A stretch of 63,051 nucleotides of DNA, filler included, from Octopus bimaculoides (taxonomy: Eukaryota), in NCBI RefSeq assembly GCF_001194135.2. It is 5 parts of 5 records of this genome, joined end to end, with 100 filler letters (N's around TTAATTAATTAA, not from the genome) between each part and the next. Parts side by side here need not be neighbours in the genome. Positions count along the whole stretch, not along the records: positions 1 to 19,751 come from NC_068982.1; positions 19,852 to 48,099 come from NC_069002.1; 3 more parts are not named here. One strand, given 5' to 3'. The translations under genes and the position numbers were made by a program. This document shows positions 11,286 to 24,318 of the stretch, in pieces (within the stretch, counting starts at the first letter, position 1; the number at the start of each line of letters is the position of its first letter). The notes beneath the pieces were generated by a model. It saw nothing but the letters and a program-made list of their open reading frames with translations. It was not told the origin of the DNA and ran no database searches.

Positions 11286-13199
11286 ATGATTAACCCTTCA
11301 TTTCTTTTCTGGAAAGCGATGAAATTGGTGCCAGTCATATACTGAGGTAATGTGAAATTGTTATTACGTCTTCCTGTTTATAAGGAAAAAATTGTCCTTA
11401 GAAACGAAACTCTTGAGAACATTTCCTTTTGAATTTCTCTCTATTGATAGACATCTCCATTCTCGTCACTTCCGTGTAAAGGTATCAGTAATGCGTGTTT
11501 ATTCCACCGAGCATCGAGCGAGAATAATATTCTAAAAGGATTATAGTGTAATCTCCTTCTCGGTGACAAATCAGTGAGATAAAATCGAATATCTTACTGA
11601 TTAAAAAAGAAAACACCAATAGAGGCTATTTTATCTCGCAAACGTAGGGAATTAAAAGAATATCAAACAAAATATAAATTCGGTAAATTTTTTTTCCACT
11701 CTCTCTTTCTAGAATTAGTTCGTACCAGAGAAACTAGAGATTGAGAAAAATTCTGATAATTTTAGGGTGGAAAAAAAAAAAGAAAAAGCAGAGAAAATGA
11801 ACGAGAGAAAGTGAAAAAGATGGGAACAAAAAGGGCGGCAGGAGAGATAGAGAGTAGAGTAAAGACAGATAAAGAGACATAGGTGATATACAACAGAGTG
11901 ATGTAGTAAAGTAGCGTTCAGATCTGATTGATAGTGGGAAGAAGCTTCCAGTACGGCGATGCAGTGATGGAGCTTGTATGTCAAGATTTGTACCATCGTA
12001 ACCAGGGTTGGGATGTAATACCAGCGTGACAGTCCTTAATTGACTAAGCATATTCACATCTCATAAAATCCATCTCGGCAATTTTACAACAGATCACAAC
12101 ACTAATTGAATAAAAGTGCTTAAAAGGATTTGATGTAGATAGAACCCAGAGCGGGGAAAGTCAACAAGCGAATGACTTCCTCAGTTTCTTTTATTTTTTC
12201 TCTTTTTCTCTCTGTCTTTCTCGTTTTCCTTCTTTCTTTTCATTTTATTTTATTTCATATTTGTTGTTGATGCTGTTTTTTGACGTTTATTTACTTTTTT
12301 TTTTAACCGAGACGTGATAGAACGTCCGGCATTATGGTAGTTCTGACGCGGCTCTGATCACAAACTCAATTCGTTCCTTTTATCTGCACAGAGCGAATAC
12401 CTTGGAAATTGTGTAAATTTCCCGATGCCAACCGGAACGAGAGGATCACATTGGAACAGAAAGGCGATGAATATAATATATCTATTAGATGAAGCGCTGG
12501 GAGATACATTAAGTTAAGCTCGCTGTATTATGCATGTGCAAATAAGAAATATTTGTCCGGAACTTCATCCTGTACGGACTGGTGCTGCCTGAAACATTAT
12601 TAAAGCTAATTAGCCTCCATTAATAAGTGTTAGTTTTGCTGGTGAATGGAAGAAGTAATGGGGGTGGTAGAAGTAAGAGTTGTTTTGTGTAGGCAATTTG
12701 AGCTTATGTGTATGTAAATCTGCATACATCTCTTTGTGTGTATGTGTGTGAGTATGTGTGTGTGTGAGTGTGCGATAGCATGGTTTTTGTTTGCTTTTTA
12801 TGTTTGCATAGCAGTATGTAAATATATATTAGAATAGGTGTTAGTCTATATGTCTGTGTGTGAGTCAAAGAGTGAGAGAAAGAGAGAGGGAATGAAAGAA
12901 GAGAATGGGCGCAAAGAGAGAGAGAGGGGGGGGGAGATTGTGTGTATGAGAGTGTGTGTCTGTGCGAATGTTTATGTGCATTTGTCAATGAAAGTAAAAA
13001 TAACCGGCATAATTTAAAGCATATGCGTGTTCATGCTTTTGTTGCGGGGTGGGTATATAGAACGATTATAGATATTTATTGGATCATTCAGCTCTTCCTA
13101 TTTAATTAACGGCTCCACCCAAGCTCTTTCTTATGTTACCTTTTAAGTATAATATACATACATATCTATCATTTCGTACATTACCGTCCGACCGTCACA

Positions 13200-14200
13200 T
13201 CTTGCCCTAGTTTTAGATTGACCAGTTGAAAGCGTCTAATTTTTCGTTTCTTGTGCAAAGGACACTCTATCGGTCAAGTGGTCCATTTGCTGCCGACGCC
13301 TTCCAAATGGAGGGCTCTGTGTGTCTGGTATGATGATGAAAAGTCTTACACTGAAACTGCGGTACTAGCAAGAGATTCCTGGACAATAAGCAGGTGAGGT
13401 GGCCATTTGTCAGGAACGTTTATCCTCAGTGCGCTTCTTTCAGACAGCTGCAGTCCTGGTTCAAATGAAGACCATGACTGAACGCCTGCTATTTGGAATG
13501 TCAGGGGCTCCCAGTTCACTGCTAGTCAGGCAATGAGGCTGGTGGAACTTCCTAGTTAACTTCTTGCAGAGGAATAGTGGTGGGAAACAGTGACGAACTT
13601 CTCGGGGAAATTTTAGTTGTCGCAGAGAATTCACTTGCTGGTCTGCTTTGAAGAATTTTCAGTATGAATACTATAGATAACTTCCAGATATTTATGCAAG
13701 TACTACCGGGAAAAAGTGCCGTCAGCCAAGTCTGAACGACGAAGCGTTTCTTCCTACAGTTGTTCAGAGTCTGAACATTGTTGGTGTTTGTAGGTATATC
13801 GAAAAGTTGTTGGCTTGTGCAGGGCTGATGTGGCTATCAATCGTGTCTATCATGATGATCACTGGCTGCCTTTCTTTAACCGTGAAAGCAGGTATTTTCC
13901 CTATTTCATGGTCATGATGAAAGATACTGTATGGTGGGCACGACAAAAAAAAAAAAAAATCAGACTTTGAACTGTCCCCACTTACCTCTTAGGCCAAGCT
14001 TTCATCGACTTTTTACAGTTCCACTAAGAAAAGAAAGTGGGAGTGAATAGGGAACGGCTGTCTCTAGTCAGTTTGCTGAGAGGTGGATTCGAGTGGAGAG
14101 CATAGCATGACTGAATGGGATAACTGTTAGCAAATGTCCATTTACCAGGGAATGTTGCGAGTGAGGATTCTTACGCTTGATAGCCAAGTTTATTTTGAAT
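13200..14200 (+). mobile_element. L1/Tx1-like LINE, decayed C-terminal (zf-RVT) region
   Basis: Frameshifted peptides CRQPSLNDE...VVQSLNIVGVCRYIEKLL..G...LSIVSI, FNRESRYF..MVMMKDTVWWARQK and LIDF.QFH..RK resemble Tx1 ORF2 C-termini. Confidence 0.55.
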
Positions 14201-14304
14201 CTGTGAGGCTTCTTAATTTACTTCTTCTTTCTATTAACCCCAATGCCTTGTCCCCTTGTAGCCAATGAAAGAAAATATGATTATCAATATTTTATTATCT
14301 GTAA

Positions 14305-14775
14305 GGCGGCGAGCTGGCAGAAACGTTAGCACGCCGGGCGAAATGCTTAGCGGTATTTCGTCAGTCTTTACGTTCTGAGTTCAAATTCCGCAGTGGTCGA
14401 TTTTGCCTTTCATCCTTTTGGGGGTCGATAAATTAAGTACCAGTTGCGTACTGGGGCCGATCTAATCGACTGGCTCCCTTTCCCAAAATTTTGGGCCTTG
14501 TGCTTAGAGTAGAAAAGAATATTTTATTGTCTTGAGCTGATAAGCTTGTTCGAGTGTCGAAATAAATACATTGAATTATTTGTTCGAGTTCTTTGCGTTC
14601 TGAGTTCAAATCTTGCCGAGGTCAACTTTGCTTTTCATCCACCCCTGTCCTCAGTATAGATAAAATAAAGTACCAGCCTACTACTGGTATCGATGATATC
14701 GTCTAACCCCACTTCCTACCTCCTGTCCCGCACTATAAATTTAGGCTGGCCTTGTGGCTTAATTAGAAACAATTA
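14305..14775 (+). mobile_element. SINE family A: well-preserved copy (14305-14522) plus a degenerate second copy
   Basis: GGCGGCGAGCTGGCAGAAACGTTAGCACGCCGGGCGAAATGCTTAGCGG head, B box GAGTTCAAATTCC and family body. Confidence 0.9.
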
Positions 14776-14829
14776 TAATTGTATCATCTTAGACAGGTAC
14801 CTTAGTGCAGAGGCACTTTCTCATTAGAT

Positions 14830-15020
14830 CAGAATCTACAAAGCAGTTTCGATTAGTATTGTGTTCTAATTTTCTAATTTTAGCGTCTATGTCTAGTATT
14901 ATATTCTCAGTGCTGACCAATATGCATCTTCTTAAAATCGCTTTGGCATACTTGTCTAATTTCATACACATCTTGATGTCTTTGCTGAAACTATGAACAA
15001 TTTTTGGTAGGGTTTCCACC
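14830..15020 (-). mobile_element. R4/Dong-clade LINE RT fragment
   Basis: IVHSFSKDIKMCMKLDKYAKAILRRCILVSTENIILDIDAKIRKLE matches the R4-type V..FS.DI.M.FGLDKCAK...+G.L..T..I.L.....I..LE. Confidence 0.7.
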
Positions 15021-15237
15021 ACCGCCACCGTCGCCGCCACCACCACCATCAAACAAAAATACGTCATTTAAGCGCACATACACGGGTTCAAACATAAACA
15101 TCTATAATCACAATTAGAAAAGCCGTCATCCTCTTCAGAATATAGTTAAAAACGTCAATTTAAATTACAGAAACATTATAAGTAAAAATAAAACACCATT
15201 CACCAATTACAGCAATAAATATTTTACTAGCAATAAA

Positions 15238-15685
15238 CGCGGCAAGCTGGCGGAATCGTTAGCAGGGCGGGAAAATGCTTAGCGACATTTCGTCCGTCTC
15301 TACGTTCTGAATTCAAGTTCCGCTAGGATCGTTTTGGCCTTTCAGCTTTACGGGGTTAATAAAAATAAGTACAAGTTGATCACTGATATCGATTTAATCG
15401 ATCTGGCCCCACTTCCACCCAATTACTACTTTGTGCCAAAATTTGAAGTCAATATTTTGCTAGCAAAATGGCGGCTAATTGGCAAAATCTTTAGCACGCC
15501 GGGCAAAATGCTTAGCGGTATTTCGTCCGTCTTTGCATTCTGAGTTCAAATCCACCGGGGTCAACTTTGCCCTTCATCCTTTCGGAATCGAGGAAATCAG
15601 TACCAAATGAGCAGTGGGGGTCGATGTTATCGGCATAGTCCCTTCCCAAAACTTGCTAGCTTCATGCCAAAATTTGAAAGCAATA
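15238..15685 (+). mobile_element. Two tandem SINE family A copies
   Basis: Family A head and body occur twice. Confidence 0.85.
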
Positions 15686-15769
15686 TTTGGCTAGCATCCT
15701 GCATTGTGTTCATTCATCAGTTATCAATTTGCCTTAAAATTTTGGGGAACGCCTTTGCTCCACCGCTGG

Positions 15770-16680
15770 CAATGGCTGTGTGGTTTAAGAAGTTCCCTTC
15801 GCAACCACGTGCTTTCGGATTCNNNNNNNNNNNNNNNNNNNNNNNNNNNNNNNNNNNNNNNNNNNNNNNNNNNNNNNNNNNNNNNNNNNNNNNNNNNNNN
15901 NNNNNNNNNNNNNNNNNNNNNNNNNNNNNNNNNNNNNNNNNNNNNNNNNNNNNNNNNNNNNNNNNNNNNNNNNNNNNNNNNNNNNNNNNNNNNNNNNNNN
16001 NNNNNNNNNNNNNNNNNNNNNNNNNNNNNNNNNNNNNNNNNNNNNNNNNNNNNNNNNNNNNNNNNNNNNNNNNNNNNNNNNNNNNNNNNNNNNNNNNNNN
16101 NNNNNNNNNNNNNNNNNNNNNNNNNNNNNNNNNNNNNNNNNNNNNNNNNNNNNNNNNNNNNNNNNNNNNNNNNNNNNNNNNNNNNNNNNNNNNNNNNNNN
16201 NNNNNNNNNNNNNNNNNNNNNNNNNNNNNATATATATATATATATATATATATAGTGAGTTCAAAAAAGAAAAACGACAAAAAAAACAACAACGCAATGA
16301 CGTGATACAGATATTGTGTTACTGGACGCTCGGGAAAGGAAAGAAAGAGAATTTGACGTTTCGAGCGGAGCACTTAGTCGGAAACATAGGAAAGTCCAAA
16401 GAAGGGAAGACGGAGGAAGAAAAAATCGCCAACGATATCCACACACGTAGACGTGTTTGTGTGTGTGTGTATGTGTGTGTGTGTGTACCCCAACCGCTAG
16501 ACAACCAGTTTTGTTTTATGTACATCCCCGAAACTTAACGGTTTGGCAACAAGAGACAATAGTTTAAGTGCTAGTCTTAAAATTTAAGAACAGGGATCGA
16601 TTTGTTCGGCTAAGCTTATAAAGCGATGCTCCCCAGTCCCATGGCCGCTGTCCCATGAGTGAAGCAAATAAAAGAATAAC
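15770..16680 (+). mobile_element. SINE family B head running into an N-gap; family B tail at ~16480-16680
   Basis: GGCTGTGTGGTTTAAG head; CCGCTAGACAACCAG...CATGGCCGCTGTCCCATGAGTGAAGC tail. Confidence 0.6.
16255..16445 (-). mobile_element. Probable PLE terminal-repeat relic with a degenerate hammerhead-like motif
   Basis: Minus strand CCGACTA-A-GTGC(TCC)GCTC-GAAAC-GTC-AAA followed by TTCCCGAGCGT, which is shared with the 28250 relic. Confidence 0.5.
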
Positions 16681-16769
16681 TTATATAACTGTGTGTATAC
16701 ATGTCCTAATCCATGTTAAGGAACCATGTGTATAATGAAAGTGTATATAATATAGGCTAAGTGTATACA

Positions 16770-16948
16770 ATGGCTTCAAATTTTGGTACAAGGTCAGCAA
16801 TTTCAGAGGAGTTAAGTCGATCCATCGACCCCAGAAAGGATAAAAGCCAAAGTCAATCTCGGCGGAATTTGAACTCAAAACATATAGATTGACAAAATAC
16901 ATTAAGCATTTTGCCCCACGTGCTGCCGATTCTGCGAGCTCACCTCTT
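16770..16948 (-). mobile_element. SINE family A, internally deleted
   Basis: Reverse complement of the family A head and body. Confidence 0.75.
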
Positions 16949-17039
16949 AAAAGTGTATATAATAAAGTATATAATAAAGCGAACCCTGCTGTACTCTTTC
17001 ACCACAACTTTCTCTCACTCTTACTTCTTGTTTCTGTTG

Positions 17040-17160
17040 TGCCTGTAATTCAAAGGGCCAGCCTTGTCACACTGTGTCACGCTGAATATCCCCGTGAACT
17101 ACGTTAAGGGTACACGCGTCTGTGGAGTGCTCAGCCACTTAATTTCGCGAGCAGGCTGTT
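17040..17160 (+). mobile_element. SINE family C tail fragment
   Basis: AAAGGGCCAGCCTTGTCACAC...AAGGGTACACGCGTCTGTGGAGTGCTCAGCCACTT, as in the copy at 31025-31295. Confidence 0.8.
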
Positions 17161-17399
17161 CCCGAAATCTTTCCAGGTAATTGCCGCTCACGTCCTCAAC
17201 AAATGCTTTATAAAAACCTAGGAGGTTTTTATAAGTACTCCAGTGAGTACTTTTACAGTGATCCCATGACAACGCTCCAAGTGCCGCCCGACGTTCACCA
17301 ACAGCCTACACTTCACTCGAGACCTGGGTTGGTGTGCCTCATATAATTACTGAGACCACAAATGCTAATAATAAATCATCGATCCTTCCACGGCCATTA

Positions 17400-17697
17400 T
17401 TGTCACCAGGTATAGATAGTCTCACCGTCACCCATTACTGTCTTCGTCACCACCACCACCGACATCCCCGATACCATCGCCACCACCATCGCTACTAGCA
17501 CTATCATAATCACAACCAATACCAAAGTAGTCACCATCACCACCACCACCACCACCACCATCACTACCATCACCACCCAAGTCACCACGGTCATTACCAC
17601 TATCACCATCATCACCATCAACACTAACACTCAACACTACACCGCCAAATCCACCACCACCACCACCACCACCACTACTACTTGTCAAAGGTAGTAA

Positions 17698-17762
<65 letters not shown>

Positions 17763-17871
17763 ATTGTTGTTATTGTTGTTGTTATTGTAGTTAATAATAG
17801 ACTGTTGATGTCGATACTGGTGGTGATGTTGATGTTGATGTGTATTAGCTCACAGTGTGTTGGTGATGCGT
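17400..17871. repeat. (CAC/CAT)n and (TAG/TTG)n low-complexity tract
   Basis: Direct inspection. Confidence 0.9.
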
Positions 17872-18580
17872 NNNNNNNNNNNNNNNNNNNNNNNNNNNNN
17901 NNNNNNNNNNNNNNNNNNNNNNNNNNNNNNNNNNNNNNNNNNNNNNNNNNNNNNNNNNNNNNNNNNNNNNNNNNNNNNNNNNNNNNNNNNNNNNNNNNNN
18001 NNNNNNNNNNNNNNNNNNNNNNNNNNNNNNNNNNNNNNNNNNNNNNNNNNNNNNNNNNNNNNNNNNNNNNNNNNNNNNNNNNNNNNNNNNNNNNNNNNNN
18101 NNNNNNNNNNNNNNNNNNNNNNNNNNNNNNNNNNNNNNNNNNNNNNNNNNNNNNNNNNNNNNNNNNNNNNNNNNNNNNNNNNNNNNNNNNNNNNNNNNNN
18201 NNNNNNNNNNNNNNNNNNNNNNNNNNNNNNNNNNNNNNNNNNNNNNNNNNNNNNNNNNNNNNNNNNNNNNNNNNNNNNNNNNNNNNNNNNNNNNNNNNNN
18301 NNNNNNNNNNNNNNNNNNNNNNNNNNNNNNNNNNNNNNNNNNNNNNNNNNNNNNNNNNNNNNNNNNNNNNNNNNNNNNNNNNNNNNNNNNNNNNNNNNNN
18401 NNNNNNNNNNNNNNNNNNNNNNNNNNNNNNNNNNNNNNNNNNNNNNNNNNNNNNNNNNNNNNNNNNNNNNNNNNNNNNNNNNNNNNNNNNNNNNNNNNNN
18501 NNNNNNNNNNNNNNNNNNNNNNNNNNNNNNNNNNNNNNNNNNNNNNNNNNNNNNNACACACATATATATGTGCGTGTGTG

Positions 18581-18616
<36 letters not shown>

Positions 18617-18662
18617 TGTGTGTGTGTGTGTGTATACAAACACACAATTTCTTTACATACAC

Positions 18663-18733
<71 letters not shown>

Positions 18734-18734
18734 C

Positions 18735-18766
<32 letters not shown>

Positions 18767-19349
18767 TGTGTGTGTATGTGTGTGTGTATGTATATATATA
18801 CACACACATATATTGTGTAAGTGTGTGTGTGCGTGTGAGTGTACATACATATATATCATATACATACATACATGTATGTATGCATGAAAGCTATAGAAGT
18901 ATATGTGAATATACGTAATATAGGTATATGTATATGTGTGTGTGAGTGAGTGTGAGTGAGTGTGTGTGTATGTGAGTGTGTGTGTGTGTGTGGTATGGAG
19001 AGAGAGAGACTATACACACTCACGTGTACGTATGCATACACACATAGAGTAACAGTAAATAACACTCAGTTACACACACACACACGCATACACACACACG
19101 ATACACACGCACACACAAATAAGCATACATAAACACGCGCACACGTTTTATGAGCCTGATTTGTAATTTTTATTTCTGTCTTATTTTTAAACACCGATGT
19201 AAATACAACGGTAGTGACGGCGGCGGCGGAATTGATATCGGTGGCTAATGGCGGTGGTTGTTGTCTTCCGAGTTGTCCACCTCCAGATCAGCCCTTGTGC
19301 GGCCTGAGAAATATCACCACAAGTCTTTCCTATCATTACAATCCCGTAT

Positions 19350-19560
19350 TTCTTTTTGGGGGAGGGGTCCAGTCCATTAGATCGACCCAAGTAACGTTTC
19401 TTATTTCTTTATTGCTCACAGGGGGCTAAACATAGAAGGGACAAACAAGGACAGACAAAGGGATTAAGTCGATTACATCGACCCCAGTGCGTAACTGAAA
19501 CTTAATTTATCGACCCCGAAAGGATGAAAGGCAAAGTCGACCTCGGCGGAATTCGAACTT
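19350..19560 (-). mobile_element. SINE family A variant with a CCTTTGTCTGTCCTTGTTTGTCCC tail
   Basis: Reverse complement of the family A body plus a tail motif also seen near 46400-46465. Confidence 0.75.
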
Positions 19561-19751
19561 TACCTTACGTTTCCTTTGTTTAATGAAACGGTACGGTTTA
19601 ATCGGAAAGTGATTTAGCTGCTATTTCCACCAGACCGTACGACGGTATTACCTTTTATATTTCACTTGTTTTTGTTATTGGGTTGCGGCCATGCTGGAAC
19701 ACTGCCTTGAAGGGCTTAGTCCAAAAAATCGACCCTAGTACTTATTTTTAA

Positions 19752-19851
19752 NNNNNNNNNNNNNNNNNNNNNNNNNNNNNNNNNNNNNNNNNNNNTTAAT
19801 TAATTAANNNNNNNNNNNNNNNNNNNNNNNNNNNNNNNNNNNNNNNNNNNN
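19752..19851. other. Artificial 100-bp scaffold join (N44-TTAATTAATTAA-N44)
   Basis: Identical construct at 48100-48199, 53139-53238 and 58044-58143; the 12-mer has stops in all six frames. Confidence 0.95.
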
Positions 19852-19882
<31 letters not shown>

Positions 19883-20159
19883 TTACATATATATAGACAT
19901 GCATGTGCATATCTATTAAGTATGGTGGCAGCTGAAGGAAATGTTCTCTGTGTGACCTGTGTGTTTTCCATACTCTGTTTATCATTTTGTCCACGTTTTT
20001 TGCAACGTCCTGTACATACATGTACGTATATACGCATATACTCATATATTATTTGCATTATATATATATACACTTAGACATATATACATACATAAATGTG
20101 AATGTATATGGAGATATAGATATAGATAATTAGATAAAGAGGGAGTGTGAACAACTGAT

Positions 20160-20203
<44 letters not shown>

Positions 20204-20689
20204 ATACACATACTCACACAGATTGCGCACGTTCATAGAGTACCAGGGATATAAATCTACAACATTGCAAATCCTTGTGTGTTGAATTAGGAAAAATCAC
20301 TTGGTAGACCCTCCATTATTATAGATTGGTTTGTATAAAAAGATAAACACAAACGCTGTTTGATGACATCAATATATACGTACATACGGGAAGATAATGG
20401 CTTTTCTATGCGAGTCTGACTTCTGCAACCGCAAAAATATTTGTTGTAGTCGTCGTCGCCGTCGTCGTTTTGTTGTTGCTGCCGTTTAGCTTCAGGTCAT
20501 CTCTTGAGTTTAAACAATGACAGAAAGAACAATATTTCTAGAGCAAAGAGGTGAACCGGTGTTTTCAATGTGTGTTACGGGACCCCCTTTTGTTTTTGTT
20601 TTTCTTTTTTTATAAGAAGGTGTTCCGTAGGCGCGTGAATGTGCTGAGAAACCCGCCGAATATAATAGCCGCGGTATCCAGCCACGCAC

Positions 20690-20731
<42 letters not shown>

Positions 20732-20927
20732 ATGTAAGTGACAGGTACACAGACAGACTATAGGAGAGACAGTCGGACATACAGTCAGGCAGACAGAAAG
20801 AGAGGCAGAAATATTCAAAGACAGACTGAAAGACAGACAGACTGACGGACAAACAGACAGATGTATACATGGATGGACGGACGAACGGACAAACAGACAG
20901 ACAGAGAGATAGATGGAAGGATGGATG

Positions 20928-20958
<31 letters not shown>

Positions 20959-20974
20959 AGAAAGGCAGACAGAC

Positions 20975-21018
<44 letters not shown>

Positions 21019-21183
21019 GTAGATGTAGATATAGATATAAAGACCCAGCAGATTGGACACCTCTCAAATCAAGTACTCAATACATAGTATGAATGTTGGA
21101 TTTTATGTTTCTTCTTTAAGAAGTCAGACAACCGTCGTTGCAACTTAGAGGCCACTTGAAAGCTTGAAAATAGGTTGAATCGG

Positions 21184-21227
<44 letters not shown>

Positions 21228-21883
21228 TTTGTGTACGACTCTGTGTGAGTATGTATGCATATATGCATGCATATATGTATGTATGCATATATGTATGTCT
21301 GCACTACGAATGCATGTATGTATGTATATTATGTATGAATGTACGTACATATGTATGTATGTACGCAATGTATGCATATAATGTATGCATGTATGTAATG
21401 TATGCATACATGTACGTACATATATATATATATGTATGCATGTATGTATGTATTTATATATGTATGCATGTATGTTATGTATGAATGTATGTAAATACAT
21501 ATGTATATAAGTAAGTACAAATGTATATATGTACGTATGTATGTACGTACATATATATGTACGTACATATATATATATGTACGTACATATATATATATGT
21601 ACGTACATATATATGTACGTACATATGTATGTTTATGTGTATGTATGTACGTAATATTTCCCACCTTACACTCGGTCAAATTATGAAACTCATAAATAAG
21701 ATTTTTTTCTCTCAAGTTATGAATCGCTGATTCACACAAAACGACTTTAGCACTGAGAAACCAGTTATTTCTATATTAAACATGTATTTTATTGTCTGGC
21801 TTGAAACACTTGCGTCGGGTTATTCTGCGTTTTTCTATACATAGGACAGGGCCTTGTATCTGTATCATCCTGTCTGCCAAGTC

Positions 21884-21963
<80 letters not shown>

Positions 21964-22124
21964 TATACGCATGTCTGTGTATAAGTATAGGCAATCTACA
22001 ATCTATAAATCTATACTTCATTAAACAATTTCTAAGTTTGTACTTAAATAAACAGTCTATATAAGTATATAAACAATATATAAGTCATTAAATATTACTA
22101 CTACATTACAATTCATATACTTAT

Positions 22125-22345
22125 GGGGGACGTGGTTTAGTGGTTAGGGTGTTGGACTCACGATCTTAAGATTGTGGTTTCGATCAGGAAATCCATGGTG
22201 TTCTTGAGTAAACATTTCATTTCACGTTGCTCCAGTCCACTCAGCTGTAGAAATGAGTTTCCCCTGGAGATGGGCGCCGCCAGGCTTTCTCTCCGAAGAC
22301 ACGCCGCATGGCTGCAGCGCCCTAACGACCCCCAAGGGGTTAAGG
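22125..22345 (+). mobile_element. SINE family C, tail variant 2
   Basis: GTGGTTTAGTGGTTAGGG A box, GTTTCGATC B box and TTCACGTTGCTCCAGTCCACTCAGCTGTAGAAATGAG core. Confidence 0.8.
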
Positions 22346-22384
22346 GACTTTTCAATTGTCAATATAATTTATATATTGTTCAAC

Positions 22385-22898
22385 TTTTTGTACAAGGTTA
22401 GCGGTTTTAAGGGGAGGGTGTTAGTCGATTACATCTACCCCATTTCTCAACTGGTACTTATTTCATCAGTTCCAGGATGCTTAATGGTAAATTGGGCCTC
22501 GAAAGAATTTGAACTCAGAATGTAAAGAGTGGGAAGAAATAACGCTGGGAAATTTGTCCCACGCCTTAATCTATAATCTTATATAAACAACCTCTTATGT
22601 CTCTACATTTACACGTAACATTGACACAGGGTCTGAAATTGGGGAAGAAAAGTTAATCGTTTATATTCACGCGGGTACACAGCTGGTACTTCATTTTATT
22701 GTCCATGAAATGATGAAAGGCAAAGGTAATCTCAACATGAATTGAACTCAGAACGTAAAGACGTGAAAGATTCACCGCAAGACATTCTTTTTTTTTTTTC
22801 GATGCTCCAAACTTTCTGGCCAGTAATGGTGCTTAATAATGATTTCAACAACATAGGCAAACACTATGAAATTTTGGGGAAGAGGTTAGTTGATTAAN
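22385..22898 (-). mobile_element. Three tandem SINE family A copies or fragments
   Basis: GAATTTGAACTCAGAA (reverse-complement B box) at ~22505 and ~22738; a third tail starts at ~22845 and runs into the gap. Confidence 0.75.
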
Positions 22899-23316
22899 NN
22901 NNNNNNNNNNNNNNNNNNNNNNNNNNNNNNNNNNNNNNNNNNNNNNNNNNNNNNNNNNNNNNNNNNNNNNNNNNNNNNNNNNNNNNNNNNNNNNNNNNNN
23001 NNNNNNNNNNNNNNNNNNNNNNNNNNNNNNNNNNNNNNNNNNNNNNNNNNNNNNNNNNNNNNNNNNNNNNNNNNNNNNNNNNNNNNNNNNNNNNNNNNNN
23101 NNNNNNNNNNNNNNNNNNNNNNNNNNNNNNNNNNNNNNNNNNNNNNNNNNNNNNNNNNNNNNNNNNNNNNNNNNNNNNNNNNNNNNNNNNNNNNNNNNNN
23201 NNNNNNNNNNNNNNNNNNNNNNNNNNNNNNNNNNNNNNNNNNNNNNNNNNNNNNNNNNNNNNNNNNNNNNNNNNNNNNNNNNNNNNNNNNNNNNNNNNNN
23301 NNNNNNNNNNNNNNNN

Positions 23317-23373
<57 letters not shown>

Positions 23374-24280
23374 ATATGTATATATTGTATACACACATGT
23401 AAATAAGCACATGTATGTGTGTATGTGTGTGCGTGGTGAGTGTGTGTGTGTGTATGTTTGTGTGTATAGCCGCGTGTATGCATGCATCTGAATTTATACC
23501 TGTACGCACGAAGCATGTATATTTGCAACTATGTATGTATATATACACATACATATACATACATAAGTAAATGAGCATATATATATATGTAAATGAGCAT
23601 GTATATATATATATGTATGCATATGTTTATATATACATATACATATACATACATACATACATATATATATNNNNNNNNNNNNNNNNNNNNNNNNNNNNNN
23701 NNNNNNNNNNNNNNNNNNNNNNNNNNNNNNNNNNNNNNNNNNNNNNNNNNNNNNNNNNNNNNNNNNNNNNNNNNNNNNNNNNNNNNNNNNNNNNNNNNNN
23801 NNNNNNNNNNNNNNTATATATATATATATATATGCATGCTTATGAGTATGTGTGTATATTTGTATAGATGAATAAAGTATAATGCTGTATAAGTAAGATA
23901 CATATGTGTGTATGTACATGTATTTATGTATATACATATATATATATAGATAGATAGATATAGATATGTATATGTATGAATATGTATGTACGTAATTCTA
24001 GGGGATACAGAGACCAGCGACTTAGCGAACTAATTACAGTTTTATAGCTTCTAACCTGACCTAGCTGCCTCTTAAGTTAAAGATGCTAACTCAATAACCG
24101 TTGAGAAAAGTCTTTGATTTGCAATCAACGAATTATTTCCATCTTATCAGTTATAAAGGAAGCGAAATCGCAGAATTCATTAATTCCATCCACATTTAAT
24201 AAAATAGCTTCAATGGAAATTTGCTAAGAAAGTCTTTCCTTTACTACCGACCAGCAAATCTCTTGCTGTGTATGTATGAG

Positions 24281-24318
<38 letters not shown>

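Noticed and set aside
14305-14390. tRNA-like A/B box sequences here and in other SINE heads
   Set aside because: No full cloverleaf, and each continues into a SINE body, so these are not tRNA genes.
20610-20700. Acceptor-like pyrimidine tract followed by KVFRRRVNVLRNPP
   Set aside because: No donor, it runs into (CA)n, and no homology was recognised.
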